From positions 85,064,001-85,128,000 of the forward strand of contig OX597821.1 in the NCBI GenBank assembly GCA_951406725.2: a stretch of DNA of 64,000 nt. Direction: 5' to 3'. The position numbers and the translations under genes were made by a program. This DNA comes from Octopus vulgaris (lineage: Eukaryota). Below are positions 27,526-41,268 of this stretch, one piece after another (within the stretch, counting starts at the first letter, position 1; every line of letters starts with the position of its first letter). The notes under the pieces were generated by a model, which saw only the letters and a list, made by a program, of their open reading frames with translations, had not been told where the DNA came from and ran no database searches.

Positions 27526-28187
27526 CAGTCGTGGCCAAAAGTCTAGAACATATTTTTTTAAATTACAGTTGTTATGCCCAAGTACAACTCTATTCAAATA
27601 TACACAACGTAGAGATATACTTACCTAATAACTGATCCAATGGTCCAATACCTAAAAGGAAACGAAGGCGACGAGCTGGCAGAAACGTTAGCACGCCGGG
27701 CGAATTGCTTAGCAGTATTTCGTCTGCCGCTACGTTCTGAGTTCAAATTCCGCCGAGGTCGACTTTGCCTTTCATCCATTCGGGGTCGATTAAATAAGTA
27801 CCAGTTACGCACTGGGGTCGATATAATCGAATTAACCCATTTGTCTGTCCTTGTTTGTCCTCTCTGTGTTTAGCCCCTTGTGGGTAGTAAAGAAATAGGT
27901 ATTTCGTCTGTCGCTACGTTCTGAGTTCAAATTCCACCGAGGTCGACTTTGCCATTCATCCTTTCGAGGTCGATAAATTAAGTACCATTTGCATACTGGG
28001 ATCGATCTAATCGACTGGTCCCCTCCCCAAAAATGTTGGGCCTTGTACCTAGAGTAGAAAAGAATATCAAAAAGAAAATATAGGCAAAATCAAAAACATA
28101 ATTCTAGACAAAATTGCTTGCTTATAATAAACAGAAGTTAGTACATCACGTATATGAAAATATGTTCCAAACTTTTGACCACGACTG
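27526..28187. mobile_element. Tc1-like non-autonomous element with a nested SINE
   Basis: TIR CAGTCGTGGCCAAAAGT..GAACATA / TATGTTCCAAACTTTTGACCACGACTG; TA on both sides. Confidence 0.85.
27662..28062 (+). mobile_element. SINE family B
   Basis: Full match to 19760-20160. Confidence 0.9.
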
Positions 28188-28429
28188 TAGTAGCATACAT
28201 TTACGCACTGAGTTCAAATTTCGCTACAGTCGACACTTTCCTTCGTATCCCCATTAGAGTTGATAAAGTCAGTACCAGTTAAGTACCAGAGAAGATATAA
28301 TCAGTAATAGTCACCTTAAAAATTTTAGGCATTATCCCTATTAAGGAAAAATATTAACATGTAGAGACAAGACAAGTATTTGCAGGTGTGAGTACACCCG
28401 ACTCAGTTGGCTTAGTTGGCACCAGTATA

Positions 28430-28840
28430 TTCTTTTCTAATCAAGGCACAAGGCCCGAAATTTTTGGAGAGGGGACCAGTCGATTAGATAGACCCCAGTA
28501 TGCAAATGGTACTTAATTTATCGACCCCGAAAGGATAAGTCGACCTCGGCGGAATTTGAACTCAGAACGTAAAGACAGACGAAAAACCTATTTCTTTACT
28601 ACCTACAAGGGGCTAAACACAGAGAGGACAAACAAAGACAGACAAACAGATTAAGTCGATTATATCGACCCCAATGCGTAACTGATACTTATTTAATCGA
28701 CCCCGAAAGGATGAAAGGCAAAGTCGACCTCGGCGGAATTTGAACTCACAACGTAACGGCAGACGAAATACCGCTAAACATTTTACCCGTGTGCTAACGT
28801 TTCTGCCAGTTCGCCACTTTTTCTGCCAGCTCACCGCCTT
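28430..28840 (-). mobile_element. SINE family B (inverted relative to 27662-28062)
   Basis: Reverse-complement match. Flanked by repeated TTGGCACCAGTATATT (possible TSD). Confidence 0.9.
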
Positions 28841-30627
28841 GTTGGCACCAGTATATTACTAATTCTCATATAGTGATTCCCAATATGACTGGAAAAAATT
28901 CCAACTGCGAGGAAGTTCTAAATTGAATATACAAAATACTTATTTAATCACTTATCGTTAGGTGCCTATGTTATCGCGAGCAGACAGGAACACAGTTTCA
29001 TCCTTTCCGGTATTGATCCAACGGAAACTTTGGGTGATGGCAGTTAAAGGGAGAAAGGGCTGCAGTAGTCCTTTGCTGATTCTCATCATACGATGAGTAG
29101 ACTGAAGCAATGTGAAATGAAGTGTCTTGCACAAGGACAAAATACACCACCTGGACCAGGAATCGAACCCATGACCTTATAATTGCGAGTCCAACAACAC
29201 TAGGCCATGCGCTTTCGCATGATATATTTTAGTTAGGATGATAAAAGGCGCATTTCCATTCATTGTTGAAATATTTTCTTACTATTTACGCCTTACCATT
29301 AATATACAAGAGGATTCATAGGAGAATCCAGTAACCTTTCCTTGAAGAGTGTAGAATCTAACGTTTCGAGTTTTGCCCTTCACCTGAGAGGGAAGAAATA
29401 ACAAAGTTGTGCTGTTGCTTTTTTCTGTCATAGAGAAGGAAAATCAACACCCACAACTTTTCTCTTGACATCTGAAACTGGTGGGAGGAAGACAGTGTCC
29501 TCATATTGAAACCTCGATTCGAATGCTTGCAATATACTGAACTCTATCAAAAGTATCCAAGGGTTCGGGTGGCGGTGTTAACCGGATGATAGATTGCATC
29601 TACCACACATGAACCGTCCTTTCGTTAGGCTTTCACGCTGTTACCTCTCTCAAATTTCACCCGCGAAATTATATAAGAAATTGGATAGTATAATGGAGAG
29701 ATAAAGAAGGTCGAAATAATGAGAGGTGGCGCGAGAGTCAGAAGTCCAAGGTGCAAAATAGAGAAGCAAAGAACTGGAGAAGCAGGGCGTCAAAATAGCC
29801 GAGACCTCAAAACAAAGCGAAAAGAAATAGAGCCATTTAAATACAGGAAGCGGAAGTCAAAGACAAACTGCACCTAGATATATTGACGCCTTCAGAATAT
29901 TTCTAGTTGAATAATCGAAATATTTAATCAGTGGTTGTAAACGACATGCCACAAAATAAAATGTGTCCACTTACACATACATCCGTATGAATACAAGCCT
30001 ACGTACACACATACAGGCACTCACGTGAACTTACATACACTATTACCGCAACACAAGTACGTAGGAGTACACACACCCAAACATACATTCCTATATACAT
30101 ACCTGCATACTTAGAGACAATATAGATATAAGATATTTTCAATTGCAGAAAGAGGGCCCTTGAGGTGAGATAAGAAAGGGAGGGGATTAAATGACGGGAA
30201 GAGAGGCGTAGGTTCATTTCTTGCAAACAAAAAAAAAAAACGGTTGCTATGAAAATGAGGCTTTTTCTTTTTTATTGTACCTGCTGAGGTTAGGTGTGAC
30301 TGAGCGACGGCCAATGAAATAACTGGATGGGCAAACTTGGGGTTTGAGGACTCCATGAGTGTTGCTGTGGATATCAAAGAAATAATGTAGTGTGTTACAA
30401 AGTTTGCAAAGTTTGCAGAATGTCAGAATGGAAGAGATACAGCGGAAATGGTAATAATAAAGATGCGGTGTGAGAGACAAAAGAACAAGGATTGCATCAT
30501 CGGTGGGAGAAATTGTTGGTTCTAGTTTTGGTGTAACCAGGAACAAGGTTATTTCAAACCAGATCGTATTTTGTTTATGCTCTCGGACTTACTGGACTAA
30601 TTTCAAGTGATTATGCAATTTTGGGAT

Positions 30628-30847
30628 CTTGTTAAATTTCTTCCACCCATTTGAAGTATTTCAAATTTTCACCAGACAGGAAGCTTTCGATTGGCTAAAA
30701 TTATATAACTTTAAATGTAACTTCTTTCTTATGAATTTGAAGAAATATAAATGCGATTTTCGTCATCAACAAGCAAAAAGCTATCAAAATTGCGTTTTCT
30801 GAAAATTATTTGGTGAAAATTCAAGTGGTTGAATGAAATTTAACAAG
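30628..30847. mobile_element. Small MITE
   Basis: Imperfect TIRs CTTGTTAAATTTCTTCCACCCATTTGAA / TTCAAGTGGTTGAATGAAATTTAACAAG. Confidence 0.6.
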
Positions 30848-31184
30848 GTGCTCCCTCCTTTTTTTTTTTTTAATCTGAATACATTACGCCTGTACTTAAC
30901 TAAATGTTCTTCATGCTGAAGGCACCCCAGGAACATTTTCCTCTTGTCATTACATTAAATTGCAAAATTAGTAAATATCTTTTACTTGAAAAAAAAAATC
31001 TAAGGACTTGAACAATGTTCCCTTCATCACTTTCAAGTGCTTGAAATCTTTATCTTGTCACAATCATTCTAAAATCTGATAAACAACACTAAGATTACGC
31101 TTCACTAAGAAATCAAATCGTATTCAACGTATTTACCAAGCACGTCATTCTCCACAGGCTGCCATTCAATATTCAAGCAATCTA

Positions 31185-31560
31185 AAGCGGTGGGCTGGCA
31201 AAAACGTTGCCGCTACGTTCTGAGTTCAAATTCTGCCGAGGTCGACTTTGCCCATCATCCTTTCGGGGTCGATTAAATAAGTACCAGTTACGCACTGGGG
31301 TCAACGTAATCGACTTAATCCCTTCATCTGTCTTTGTTTGTCCTCTTTGTGTTTAGCCCCTTGTGGGTAGTAAAGAAATAGAAATAGGTGTTTAGTCTGC
31401 TGCTACACTCTGAGTTCGAGTTCCGCCGATGTCGGCTTTGCCTTTCTTCCTTTCGAGGTCAATAAAATAAGTACCAGTTGAACACTGGAGTCGATGTAAT
31501 CGAACTCATCCCCTCCCCTAAAATAGCTGCCTTTGTGGCAAAATGTGAAACCATTATTAA
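31185..31560 (+). mobile_element. SINE family B
   Basis: Dimeric body; deletion in the head. Confidence 0.85.
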
Positions 31561-32898
31561 CAATATTATTGCGAACAGTAAGTGTTCAAGAAAAATGTAA
31601 GAATAGACCGTGGTACTTCGAAAGCTCATGTGGCTCTGAAGATCAGGAAATAACAGCAGAGTGTGGGAAGCAGAATAAGGGTCTCAGTTTGGCACGAAGG
31701 AAAGAATGGTCTGGACTTGACATGGAGAAAAAAATTGTCTGAACTTGTCATGAAGAGTTATGGTTCAAAGGAAGTCAGATATAAATTATACAAAAATACA
31801 GAATTAATTTATAAAATCATGTATAAAGCGTACGTTTGTATCCGTATCTGTGTGTGTTGAGCGTGGTCTGCATCAATGGGCGAGAGGTATGTTCTGGCGG
31901 AGATTCCATTTTGATTTCTGGTTCTTTACAATTGCACAACGTTTAGACTTGTGTCAGAGAGAGGTGGGGCGAAAAAAAGGTGGAAGAGACAGAGATTGAA
32001 GGAGGGAGAAAAATGGGGAAAATAGAGAAGGAAGTCGGAGAGAGGAGCTGAAGATGAAAAAAGGAAAGAGAGGAAAGAGAAAGATTTACAGACTAGAAAA
32101 AGAATTTACGTTAACAATCAATCTGAATGGCATCGCCTTCTCTTTGCCTCTCTCCCCCCTCTCTCTCTCCCCACACCCCACCCAACCTATTTTCTTTGTT
32201 CTTTACAGTTTTTTTTCTTTCCCTTCCTTCTTCCTTTCGCTTCCGAGATATATCTTCACTCTTTCTCATCTCACCCTACATCTTTTCTCTCTTCATTCTT
32301 CCTATCTACCCTCCTCTCTCTCTCCTTCTTTCTCTCTCTTTCTTCCACTTATGAAATCTTCATTTCTGTCTGCTTCACTCCATTCTCCTTATTTGTACCC
32401 TTCCAATATCCAGTTTTCTCTAAAAACTACCTTCTGCTGGCGATGTTAAATAATGGCGTCGACGGAGACGATTTGCTGCTATTTTTTTTTCATCTTTTTT
32501 TTCTTTTATCGTCTGCTTCTTCCATTTCTCTGTACGTCTGAAATCCAACTCACTAATTGTTTGAGTATTTTCCTTTCCTTTTTTTTCTTTCGATTTTGTT
32601 CATTTCTTCTAGTTTCTTCTCTGCTTGTTTCCGGTGTGCTGCAGAGACGATGTCACCGACAAACGTGAATATATATTAAAAACAAAAAAAAAATACAGTA
32701 GGGACACCCCACTGCGAGGGAAAATATCAGGTGCCAAGTGATAATGCTAACCCGCCATGTCCAAGTGTCAACTGGTCCTTTTCTCTGACATTGACAAACA
32801 AAGGACTAACAAACAACAATGGTTAACCCATTGCTTATGATAATGGTCGTGATAGTGATGGCGGTGATCGTTGTTTTGAGGGTGATGCAGGTTATGGT

Positions 32899-32956
<58 letters not shown>

Positions 32957-34799
32957 CGGTGACATAATGATGAAAAGGATCAACGTAGTAGTAGTAGTGA
33001 TAGTGCTGATGGTACGGGTAAACGTTTTCGTGTTTGCTTGTTTTTGTTTTTGTTTTTGGGAAGGTTTTTTTCTTCTTATTCTCAAATGATCCAGATCCAG
33101 TAGTCCAGTAATGAGAGTCATTCATGACATCACAATCATATCTTTTTAAGGAGCTTTTAAGATAGCATTATCTGCGCCTTTTCGTTTTTCAATACAGTAG
33201 TGTGTAATCTGAAGGAAACTTGGTTGCTATTTCTAGCAAATTGAGCGCCCATATAGAGGTTCCCTGGTTGGCTGAAGTGGGTGAAGTTAATTAGTGTGGT
33301 TAACGTTTTCACATAATGCTTTCATGTCCGTGTCGTTGCTGTTGTGTAACCTGGAGTCAACCCTGATCCAAAAGGCCTACTCTACGCAAAAATAAGTCGG
33401 CCGAACGAGGCACAACCCACAGTTCTACCTTCCCAGTTATACCCTGCTTCTGTCTAACTGAGGATCATATTTCACATTCCAACATGCAGTGAAGAATCGT
33501 ATGGGGTGCTGTGTGAATATCTTGACATATTGCACAACCTCTGCCGTCCAGTGTAAACCGATAGATTGTGGAGGAGACGACAGCGAAAGCTAACAAGGTG
33601 AACTCAGCCAGAGTTCTACAATCGTTTCACTGCACTTGTTATTGATGGTATGCAGCGCAATCAAGTATTTGAACCCAATGTGGCTTTTGATGCTGCAGCT
33701 TTCTCTGTATGCACGAATCTTTTATGCCTGTCCGGGTTGCGAAATTTTCTCCCACGAGAGACCCCAGTTATGAACTCATTTGCATACAGCCAATCAGAGC
33801 TCAGCTATCAAACGAGTGTCCACCTAGTCACGAAAATACTCTGGTTGAGTTCAGTGGAAAATGTGCGTTATAGCAAAAATCTAACTGTTATAACCGTGTT
33901 AATAGGGTTGACAAATGTGAAATTTAGTGTATAAAGTGAATGGAGAGCTGCTCACCGATGAAGCCATAAGTGTTGCCAATTTGCGTAATTTACTAGAAAA
34001 TGTAAATGAGTTTAGTTTCCTAATTTTTTGACTGATTTTCTACATTCCTAATTTAAGATGTTGATGTTGATCTGGAAACATCGTAATCAATAAGGCGTTG
34101 TGTCGTATTGCGCCTTTCTTGCATATATTAATGGGTACATGCAGTATCACTAATCTCAGTCTGAGCAAAGGTACCTAATGTCAGCTCCATATAGAGATGG
34201 TGCTCAACTGATCTATGAGAATGGTGGAAGGAGGTAATGTGGTGCTTATGTGAGACTTGCTATGCTGTACTCATTGAGTGGCATACACCATTATTTGATT
34301 GATTGGCTGTACTGTAGTAGTACACAGTATGTGGATTTTCAAGGTGAGCTCTGATTGGCCATATGCAAATGAGTTCATTACTGGGGTCCGGAACTCTCGT
34401 GGGAAAAATATTTCGTGTCCGGGCTGAGTAAGAGAAATAGTGTTTAGTGATTTTGGATTGTGTAATAGCGCTCTGGGCTGCTGTACACATGTCTGGGCGT
34501 TTGTAGATGTTCTGGAGATTTTTTTCACCTAATCCGAGCAACTCTAATGATTGAAACATAGTGCAGCAACAAACTGGTTCCTTCACATGTCCAAGTGGTT
34601 CTTCATTTTTAGAACTTTTGTTTCGTTTTATAGGTTGCATGTAGGTATGATGTGTGTACAACTTGATATGAAATACAGTACACTGTTTTATATAATAGGT
34701 GGTTTATTGCGGTTTGTGTGGCGAACTGAGAGCCCAAGTAGGATTAGCAGACTCCATGATGCATCTAATGCATTGCTTGTAATAGTCACCTTAAAAATT

Positions 34800-35025
34800 G
34801 CCTTGTACGTTACGTCTAATTCAGAAACAAGCTTTCGAACAGTTGTGCGTTGATTGGCTTCCACTAAGGCTCTTAGTTGATCGTTGTCAACATCCGATGG
34901 CCTACCACTACACTTATCATCTTCAAGACTCTCGTCACCACTACGAAAGTGCTTGAGCCACCATTGTGTTTTACGTTCATTAGTGGTTCCTGAGCCAAAC
35001 GCATCGTTGATATCGCGAGCTGTTT
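34800..35025 (-). mobile_element. Mariner internal fragment (same family as 22715-23546)
   Basis: Near-identical to 23070-23295. Confidence 0.85.
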
Positions 35026-35029
35026 CATC

Positions 35030-36560
35030 TAATGCATTGCTTGTTCACCACTGTCCTCGTGTCTTCATGTTGGCCAAATGCAGTATTTATGATTCTCTAA
35101 GTAACATCTTTATACGTCGTTTTGTTTTCTTTAGTATGACTTCAATTAGTGTTCGGAATGTTGTTGAGTTATTGTTGTTAACTTTGTTGTGTTTTAATCT
35201 TCGATGTTTGTAATGTTATATTACTGATTGTTATGCTTGCTTGCTTTTGATGTTCTCTAGTATCGCTTAGTGAGAAGACAGGTAGTGGGTTTTGTCTTTT
35301 AGTCCGTTGTTATGGAGCTAGCTTTCAAAGTTACTTAAAGGAGGGGGTGCTTGGAATAGTTGTGCAGAAGTGTCTAGAGAATGAATGTGGATGTGATGTC
35401 ATGTGCATGTGAAGCTGTCTGTGTATTTTGTAATGTTGTGAGCAGGTCGTGTAGATATACGCTATAAAGAGTGGGCGAGATGATAGTTCCTTGTGGTACA
35501 CCAAGTGGAATTCAGGTTTTAGAACTATTACTCTTATACACATTATTATTCTTAGTCGCCTGACTGATAAGATTGCTAGTGAGCGTTTTATGCTGTCTTT
35601 TCTTTTTTCTTTTTTTTAGAGGTTATTCAGTAGATGGTAGTCTGAATGATATGCGTGGGTGAAATTTTGTTGCTGAAGTCATCATATATTTTCTGTGTTA
35701 GATTTGTGAATAGAGTGGTGGTTGAGTAGTGGCTTGAATTCGTGTTGTGATTAAGTGCTTAGGACCTGAGTATAAGCTATATCAAAGATTAGCTTTTCTG
35801 GACTTGTTGAGCGAAGGCATAGTAAGAGACATTAGAATTGTCGTTTTGTCCAGCTTCCAGATTCTGGGGATTTGACAACCTTGGTTCGAGCAACAGTTGA
35901 TGCTCGTGGCTGTAGTGCTTCTCTAAGACCCTAGGTGTTTTATTTCTAATATTGAAAGCCTGGAGACTTTCGAATTTTTAGATTTCCTAGTTGCTTTTAC
36001 GTTCGTGTATCTAATCGCAGTCTAAACGGAACGTGGTTATTTTTTCGTTCTGTTTCAGTCGTTTGTGGTTTGTAATGGTTAATGTTTGAAAGATATCTTC
36101 TGATAAGAAAGTTTGCTTGGTATTACAGTGATAATATATTATTCGAGGTTGCTATTGTGACAGAGTGGCGTGGCTGCTGTAGCTAATTACATTATATAGT
36201 GTTTTAATGTCAGTAAACACTTTATGTAGCGTTTACTAGGCTTCCGATTTTGAGTGGTTTATCTATTTATTATTATTTCCTCTGATGCTGAGTTTATTTT
36301 TATTTCTACTGTGTGTTGTTGTCTTACTGTAATGCGTTTGAGGGAGTCTCTGGTTTTCATAAACGATGCTTTGTACATTTATCGCTGGTGCTTTTGTTGA
36401 AATTGTTGTTTTCCCGTAAGTTCTAGTATTTGTCTGAAGTATTTGTAAATGCTGCTGTTAATGTGAATATTTTGTAGACACGAGAGCTCGGTTTACACAG
36501 ATTTATGCCTTATGTCTCTCTATGTTGGCGTTCAGATTCGTCTGGAAAAATATTTCTGTG
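35030..36560 (-). pseudogene. Heavily decayed LINE reverse-transcriptase region (Jockey/I-like, clade uncertain)
   Basis: GVPQGTIISPTLYSVYLHDL followed by HAHD (degenerate YADD) at ~35395-35505. Confidence 0.6.
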
Positions 36561-37591
36561 TCGGAAAGACATCCATTTGCCGGTATTCATCATGCCAAGA
36601 TCATCCTTACACGTTTTGTGGCATATTTATATTTAAAATTCATGTTTCCTGTATATTTAACAATGTTTAAGACGGCGAAGAAGTATTTGAGAAAGAATTA
36701 ACTGTAGTCTTTTGCTGATTGTGTGATCTCATAGAGGCCTCCACGTAGTGATAATTTGTTGTAGTAATAGTACTGTTAGTAGTTCTGGGGAAGGGGAAAT
36801 CCTAGTGTTGGTGGCTGTTGTGATGGTAATAGTAATGGTAGTGGTGGTACTGGTGCTGGTAATAATGATGGCGATGGTAGTGATGCCATGGCAGCAATAA
36901 TAGTGACGGTAGTGCTGGTGGTAGCTATGATGGTTGTGGTAGAGATAGCGGTGATGATAGTGTAGGTAGTAGTAGAAGTAGTAGTAGAACAATAGTACTG
37001 CGGCTGCTACTGTTACTGCTGCTGTTGCAACTGAAAGTGCTCCTCGTTGGTTTTGTATCAATTTAAAAGTTACACTTTATTCTTAACCAGAAGACCCTTT
37101 CTTGATTTTTAGCCAATTATAAAGTATTGTTTACAACTGGAGAACCTAAACGTAGCCAAGACATATGTGAATGTTTGTATGAATGTATGAGCATTGCTCC
37201 TTTTAGACAATGCAACAAGCCACCAAATAAACCTAAAAGAGCTTCCTGATAATACGGGAGTAGAATTTATATTCCAAACAATACAACTTCTTTGCTCCAG
37301 CCAATTGATCAAAGTATGATAGCTAACTTCAAAATATGTTACTTGCAAAGATGTTTCAAACAACTTATGAAAGCAGCTGATAGGTGGTACGGATAAACCT
37401 ACAGTTAGGGGCTTCTGGAAGAGGTTCTACATAGTGGACGCTGTATATAACATTGCTGAATCATGAGATGAATGATGCTTAGAGAAATATAGGGTGTCCG
37501 TGATTTTCTCAGTTTTCCACAAGAAGAGAGTCTGCATCATATTCGGAAATATTTTGTGAACTTGCAAATGACGTTGGGTTTGAAGAAGTTA

Positions 37592-37850
37592 TGTGGAGGC
37601 GCGTGGCTTAGTGGTTAGGGTGTCAACATTATGATCGTAAGATTGTGGTTTCGATTCCTGGACCGGGCGACGCGTTGTGTTCTTGAGCAAAATACTTCAT
37701 TTCACGTTGCTCCAGTCCACTCAGCTCGCAAAAATGAGTAACGCTGCGATGGACTGGCGTCCCGTCCAGCTGAGGAACACATACGCCATGGAAACCGGGA
37801 AAGCGGGCCCATGAGCCTGGCTAGGCTTTAAAAGGGCGCATTTATTATTA
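37592..37850 (+). mobile_element. tRNA-derived SINE (family C-related)
   Basis: GTGGAGGCGCGTGGCTTAGTGGTTAGGG...GGTTTCGATTCC head; (TTA)n tail. Confidence 0.85.
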
Positions 37851-38189
37851 TTTATTTTTGAAGAAGTTATAGAGGATGATGTTTTTGAGTTAGTGTACAG
37901 ATAAAGAAAGTTAATCCATCGAGGGGCAGATGACGTCAAGATAAGAACAAACTGAAAATACAGATGAGAACATGGAAACTCCATCAATTCCATTTAAATT
38001 GACTGTGAAGTATTTTGTTAATGAACTGAAAGATTTGCGAGATTTCGCCGATTATAAACGACCTTAAAAGCGAACGAAACTTAGAAATTATTAGAGGAGT
38101 TTACAAAAAGCTCAGTTCCTGCACTGAACTGTACAAAGAGATGAAGTGCCATAAGCATCAAACAACTTCAGCTTAAAAGTTTTACTCCC

Positions 38190-38435
38190 TCAGGCAGACG
38201 ATTTCGTCTCAATCGAAGGAGAGGGACTTTCTCCGTCCGGGTTGCAGATCCGTGGAATAAGCTGCCGGACGAGATAGTGAAGATGCCGACGACCGCTCGG
38301 TTCAAAGTCTCTCTTGACCAGAAATGGCCTGAACTCTTTGCATGAACACCCTCCCTGTACATAACTCCATGTCCCCCTACATGGCCTTGCTTTTTGCTTT
38401 TTGAGCCAAAAAATTAACTTAACTTAACTTAACTA
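38190..38435 (+). mobile_element. 3' end of a CR1 LINE with (TTAAC)n tail
   Basis: RRFRLNRRRGTFSVRVADPWNKLPDEIVKMPTTARFKVSLDQKWPELFA*. Confidence 0.85.
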
Positions 38436-38913
38436 CAAGATAGACAAGATAGAGAATCGTATCCCCTCAACCTCCCGGCAACTCTCATTCAACTACTATT
38501 ACACTGTAGTTGGCATCTTACATTACGATTTTACGATTTGTGTTTATTTCCTGACGTATTTCCTTCAAATTTTTTTATGTATACATACTGTATTGTATGT
38601 GTTTAGAAATTGCTGCTTTCACGGATAAAAGTGGTCGTGTTGTTTGTTGTTGTTGTTGTTGTCGTCGTCGTCGTTATTGTATTTCGAAAAAAAAAATCCG
38701 TTGCAACGTACTTCACTTTATAATATGAAAATAAGTCAGTGGGAAAATTAATTTCGCGATACGATAATAATTTCAAGTAATATTACTTTCGCAACACGAG
38801 AGATCCCTGTTTTCATTGACTTTCGGAGTAATACACAAGTAAGAGCTTCGATTCCATATCATCATCATCATCATCATCAACATCGTCATCGTCATCATCA
38901 CCATCATCAACAT

Positions 38914-38967
<54 letters not shown>

Positions 38968-38995
38968 TTTATCCCAGAAGAAGCGTTAGACAATT

Positions 38996-39628
38996 TTTAC
39001 CTTCGCCAAGGAAGGAGGTTATGTTTCCTTCGGCGTTGGTTTGTCCATCTGTGTGCAAAATAACTCAAAAAGTTGTGAAAGTTACAGAAAAAGTTGCTAT
39101 TGACACAAGGAACAGATGATGAAATTTTGGTAGTGATCCGGGAATTTTTATGGATTCTTGAAGGATTTTTTCATTTGTTATATTTACTTTACATGAGGTA
39201 TTACGTTACGTACTTTAATTATCTCCCTTGAAAACACGTTCATCGTTTCCAAAGTTTATTTTCGTTTCTCTATTAGTAATTTTACTCGCGTATCTATCTT
39301 AAAATGAGCTGCTTGGCGGAGGTCTGCGGAGGATGACAGGACAAGCCTTGGCTATTGGGATCGACTCAAAAAGCTCAGGCTTTGCTCCCTCCACCGCCGC
39401 TGTGAGCTCTATATCATCTGTATGATATATCTACTGTTGTCATTGACGTATTATAACTGCTTCAGATGATTCCTGTTTTTAAAGGGTGTTTTTTTTTTAA
39501 CCCTACCAAGGAGGTTATGTTTTTGCCGGCGTTGGTTTGGGAAATTGGGCGATTTTCAGCATGCGTGTATATGGGTGGAAATCAGATGCTTAGCGAAGGT
39601 CTGCGCTCTCCAAGTGCTTTTCTAGTTT
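38996..39628 (+). mobile_element. Two DINE-1/Helentron-like non-autonomous elements (38996-39330, 39498-39628)
   Basis: TTTTACCTTCGCCAAGG..GGAGGTTATGTTT start, subterminal inverted CTTGGCGGAGGT, 3' GCGCTCTCCAAGTGC hairpin plus CTAGTT. Confidence 0.65.
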
Positions 39629-40113
39629 GATGCTTTGAAGCCTTGTACTAATTTTTCTTTACAAATAAAAGTTCTAGTGGAATACACTTCGAGAAAAACA
39701 CATTTTCAACAATATTGTACATTTGTAGTTGCAGCATCTGTGGAACTGACAACTTCAAACCTGCCGTGACAAGCAAGAAGAGGTCTTTACATCAGGAGCT
39801 GTACCTTCCCCTTTCTGCAAATCATCATACTAACTTTTAGCGTTTTCTTGAATTGCGTTTATTGGCGCGTTAAATCCACTCTGATCGTCGACCTACTCTG
39901 AGCCGTTCCATAATAAGCATCATATTAGATCTATAAGAAAAAGAATAACTGTATGAGGAATTAAGGTAGCCGCTGCTTGAGCACACCAGCTAATATTGTC
40001 TTTGTTGTGATATATTATTTCCGCTGTACATGTTGCAAACTTTAACGTTTTTGCACTATAGCTACACCTTTCTCTTATAACAAAACTTTATAAAACATTA
40101 GTTTTAATATTAA

Positions 40114-40335
40114 CCCTTTAGTGTTCGCATTATTTTGCCAAAATTAATGCTTTTTCATCCACATTGTTTTGAACTAATTGTGCATTATCTTGTAGCTATG
40201 AGATTTTGATGAGGCAGCTGTTAATTTTTAAAACGATATTGTAGGGTTGGTGTGAGAGACCAGATCTAGCCAGTTTGAATATAAAGCAGGCAGAATACTT
40301 TTGGCCAGATATGGCCGGTTTTAAATGCTAAAGGG
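40114..40335. mobile_element. piggyBac-type MITE
   Basis: TTAA-CCCTTTAG ... CTAAAGGG-TTAA. Confidence 0.85.
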
Positions 40336-41205
40336 TTAAACATAATCCATTTATGACTCCTTTTAGCACTACTGTCTTCACTTCCACTCAATGGTCTTTT
40401 TCCAGTCATCGTGAATGTATTATGTACGATACTGTGCGCTCTTCTTAAATCCAATAGCGGAGAAGATAAGGAAATCTATACTAAATGGTAGTAAAACCGT
40501 AGAATCCAAGAAAAGTACTGATGTTCTACATCCAGTAAAAGGTAGTCGTTTTATTACTTTGGATGCAAGAACAGTCAGGAGAAAAGGAAATAGGCAGAAG
40601 TGTGATGTCGAAAGGTGCGAGGAAGTACTGTACGATTGAATTAGTAATAAAACCCCGAACGAATGTTCAGAGCAATATAAAATAAGGTGTGACGGGGGGA
40701 AAGAACAGTAGGTGTTGGCATAAATGTTGAAAGCAATATAAAATGAAATACCAAGTTTGTAGGAAAAGGAAAAAATTCAAAGAAATGAATAGACATTAAT
40801 CAACAAAAATGTAGAGAGAATGAAAGCAGAAGAATGACGAGAGGAGCGGCCGATCGTACTAAAGTACTTTTTACGCATACATGCGGGTCGCAATTTTAGC
40901 TTTTAAAATTGCCAAAATTTATTTTTGAGTTTCCGGAAGGGCGGAATTACCGGTCGTATCTCAAAATGTGTGGACATATTTTAACAATTTCTATAAGCCG
41001 AGTTTCTGTAAGTAACAATGAGATGTTTGCGTCGGTGGCGGGGGGGGAGAACGAGAGAGAGATAAGAGAGAGAGAGAGATAAGAGAGAGAGAGAGAGAAG
41101 AGAGAGAAATATATAAAGAGAGAGAGATAAGAGAGAGAGAGATATAAAGAGAGAGAGATAAAAGAGAGAGAGAGAGATAAAGAGAGAGAGATAAGAGAGA
41201 GAGAG

Positions 41206-41268
<63 letters not shown>

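Larger units (their letters stand above)
37085..38809 (+). mobile_element. Tigger/pogo-like DNA transposon relic with nested SINE and CR1 insertions
   Basis: ALLLLDNATSH and PNNTTSLLQPIDQSMIANFK (DDE_1-type motifs); putative right TIR ...CGCAACACGAGAGATCCCTG ending at 38809. Confidence 0.75.
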
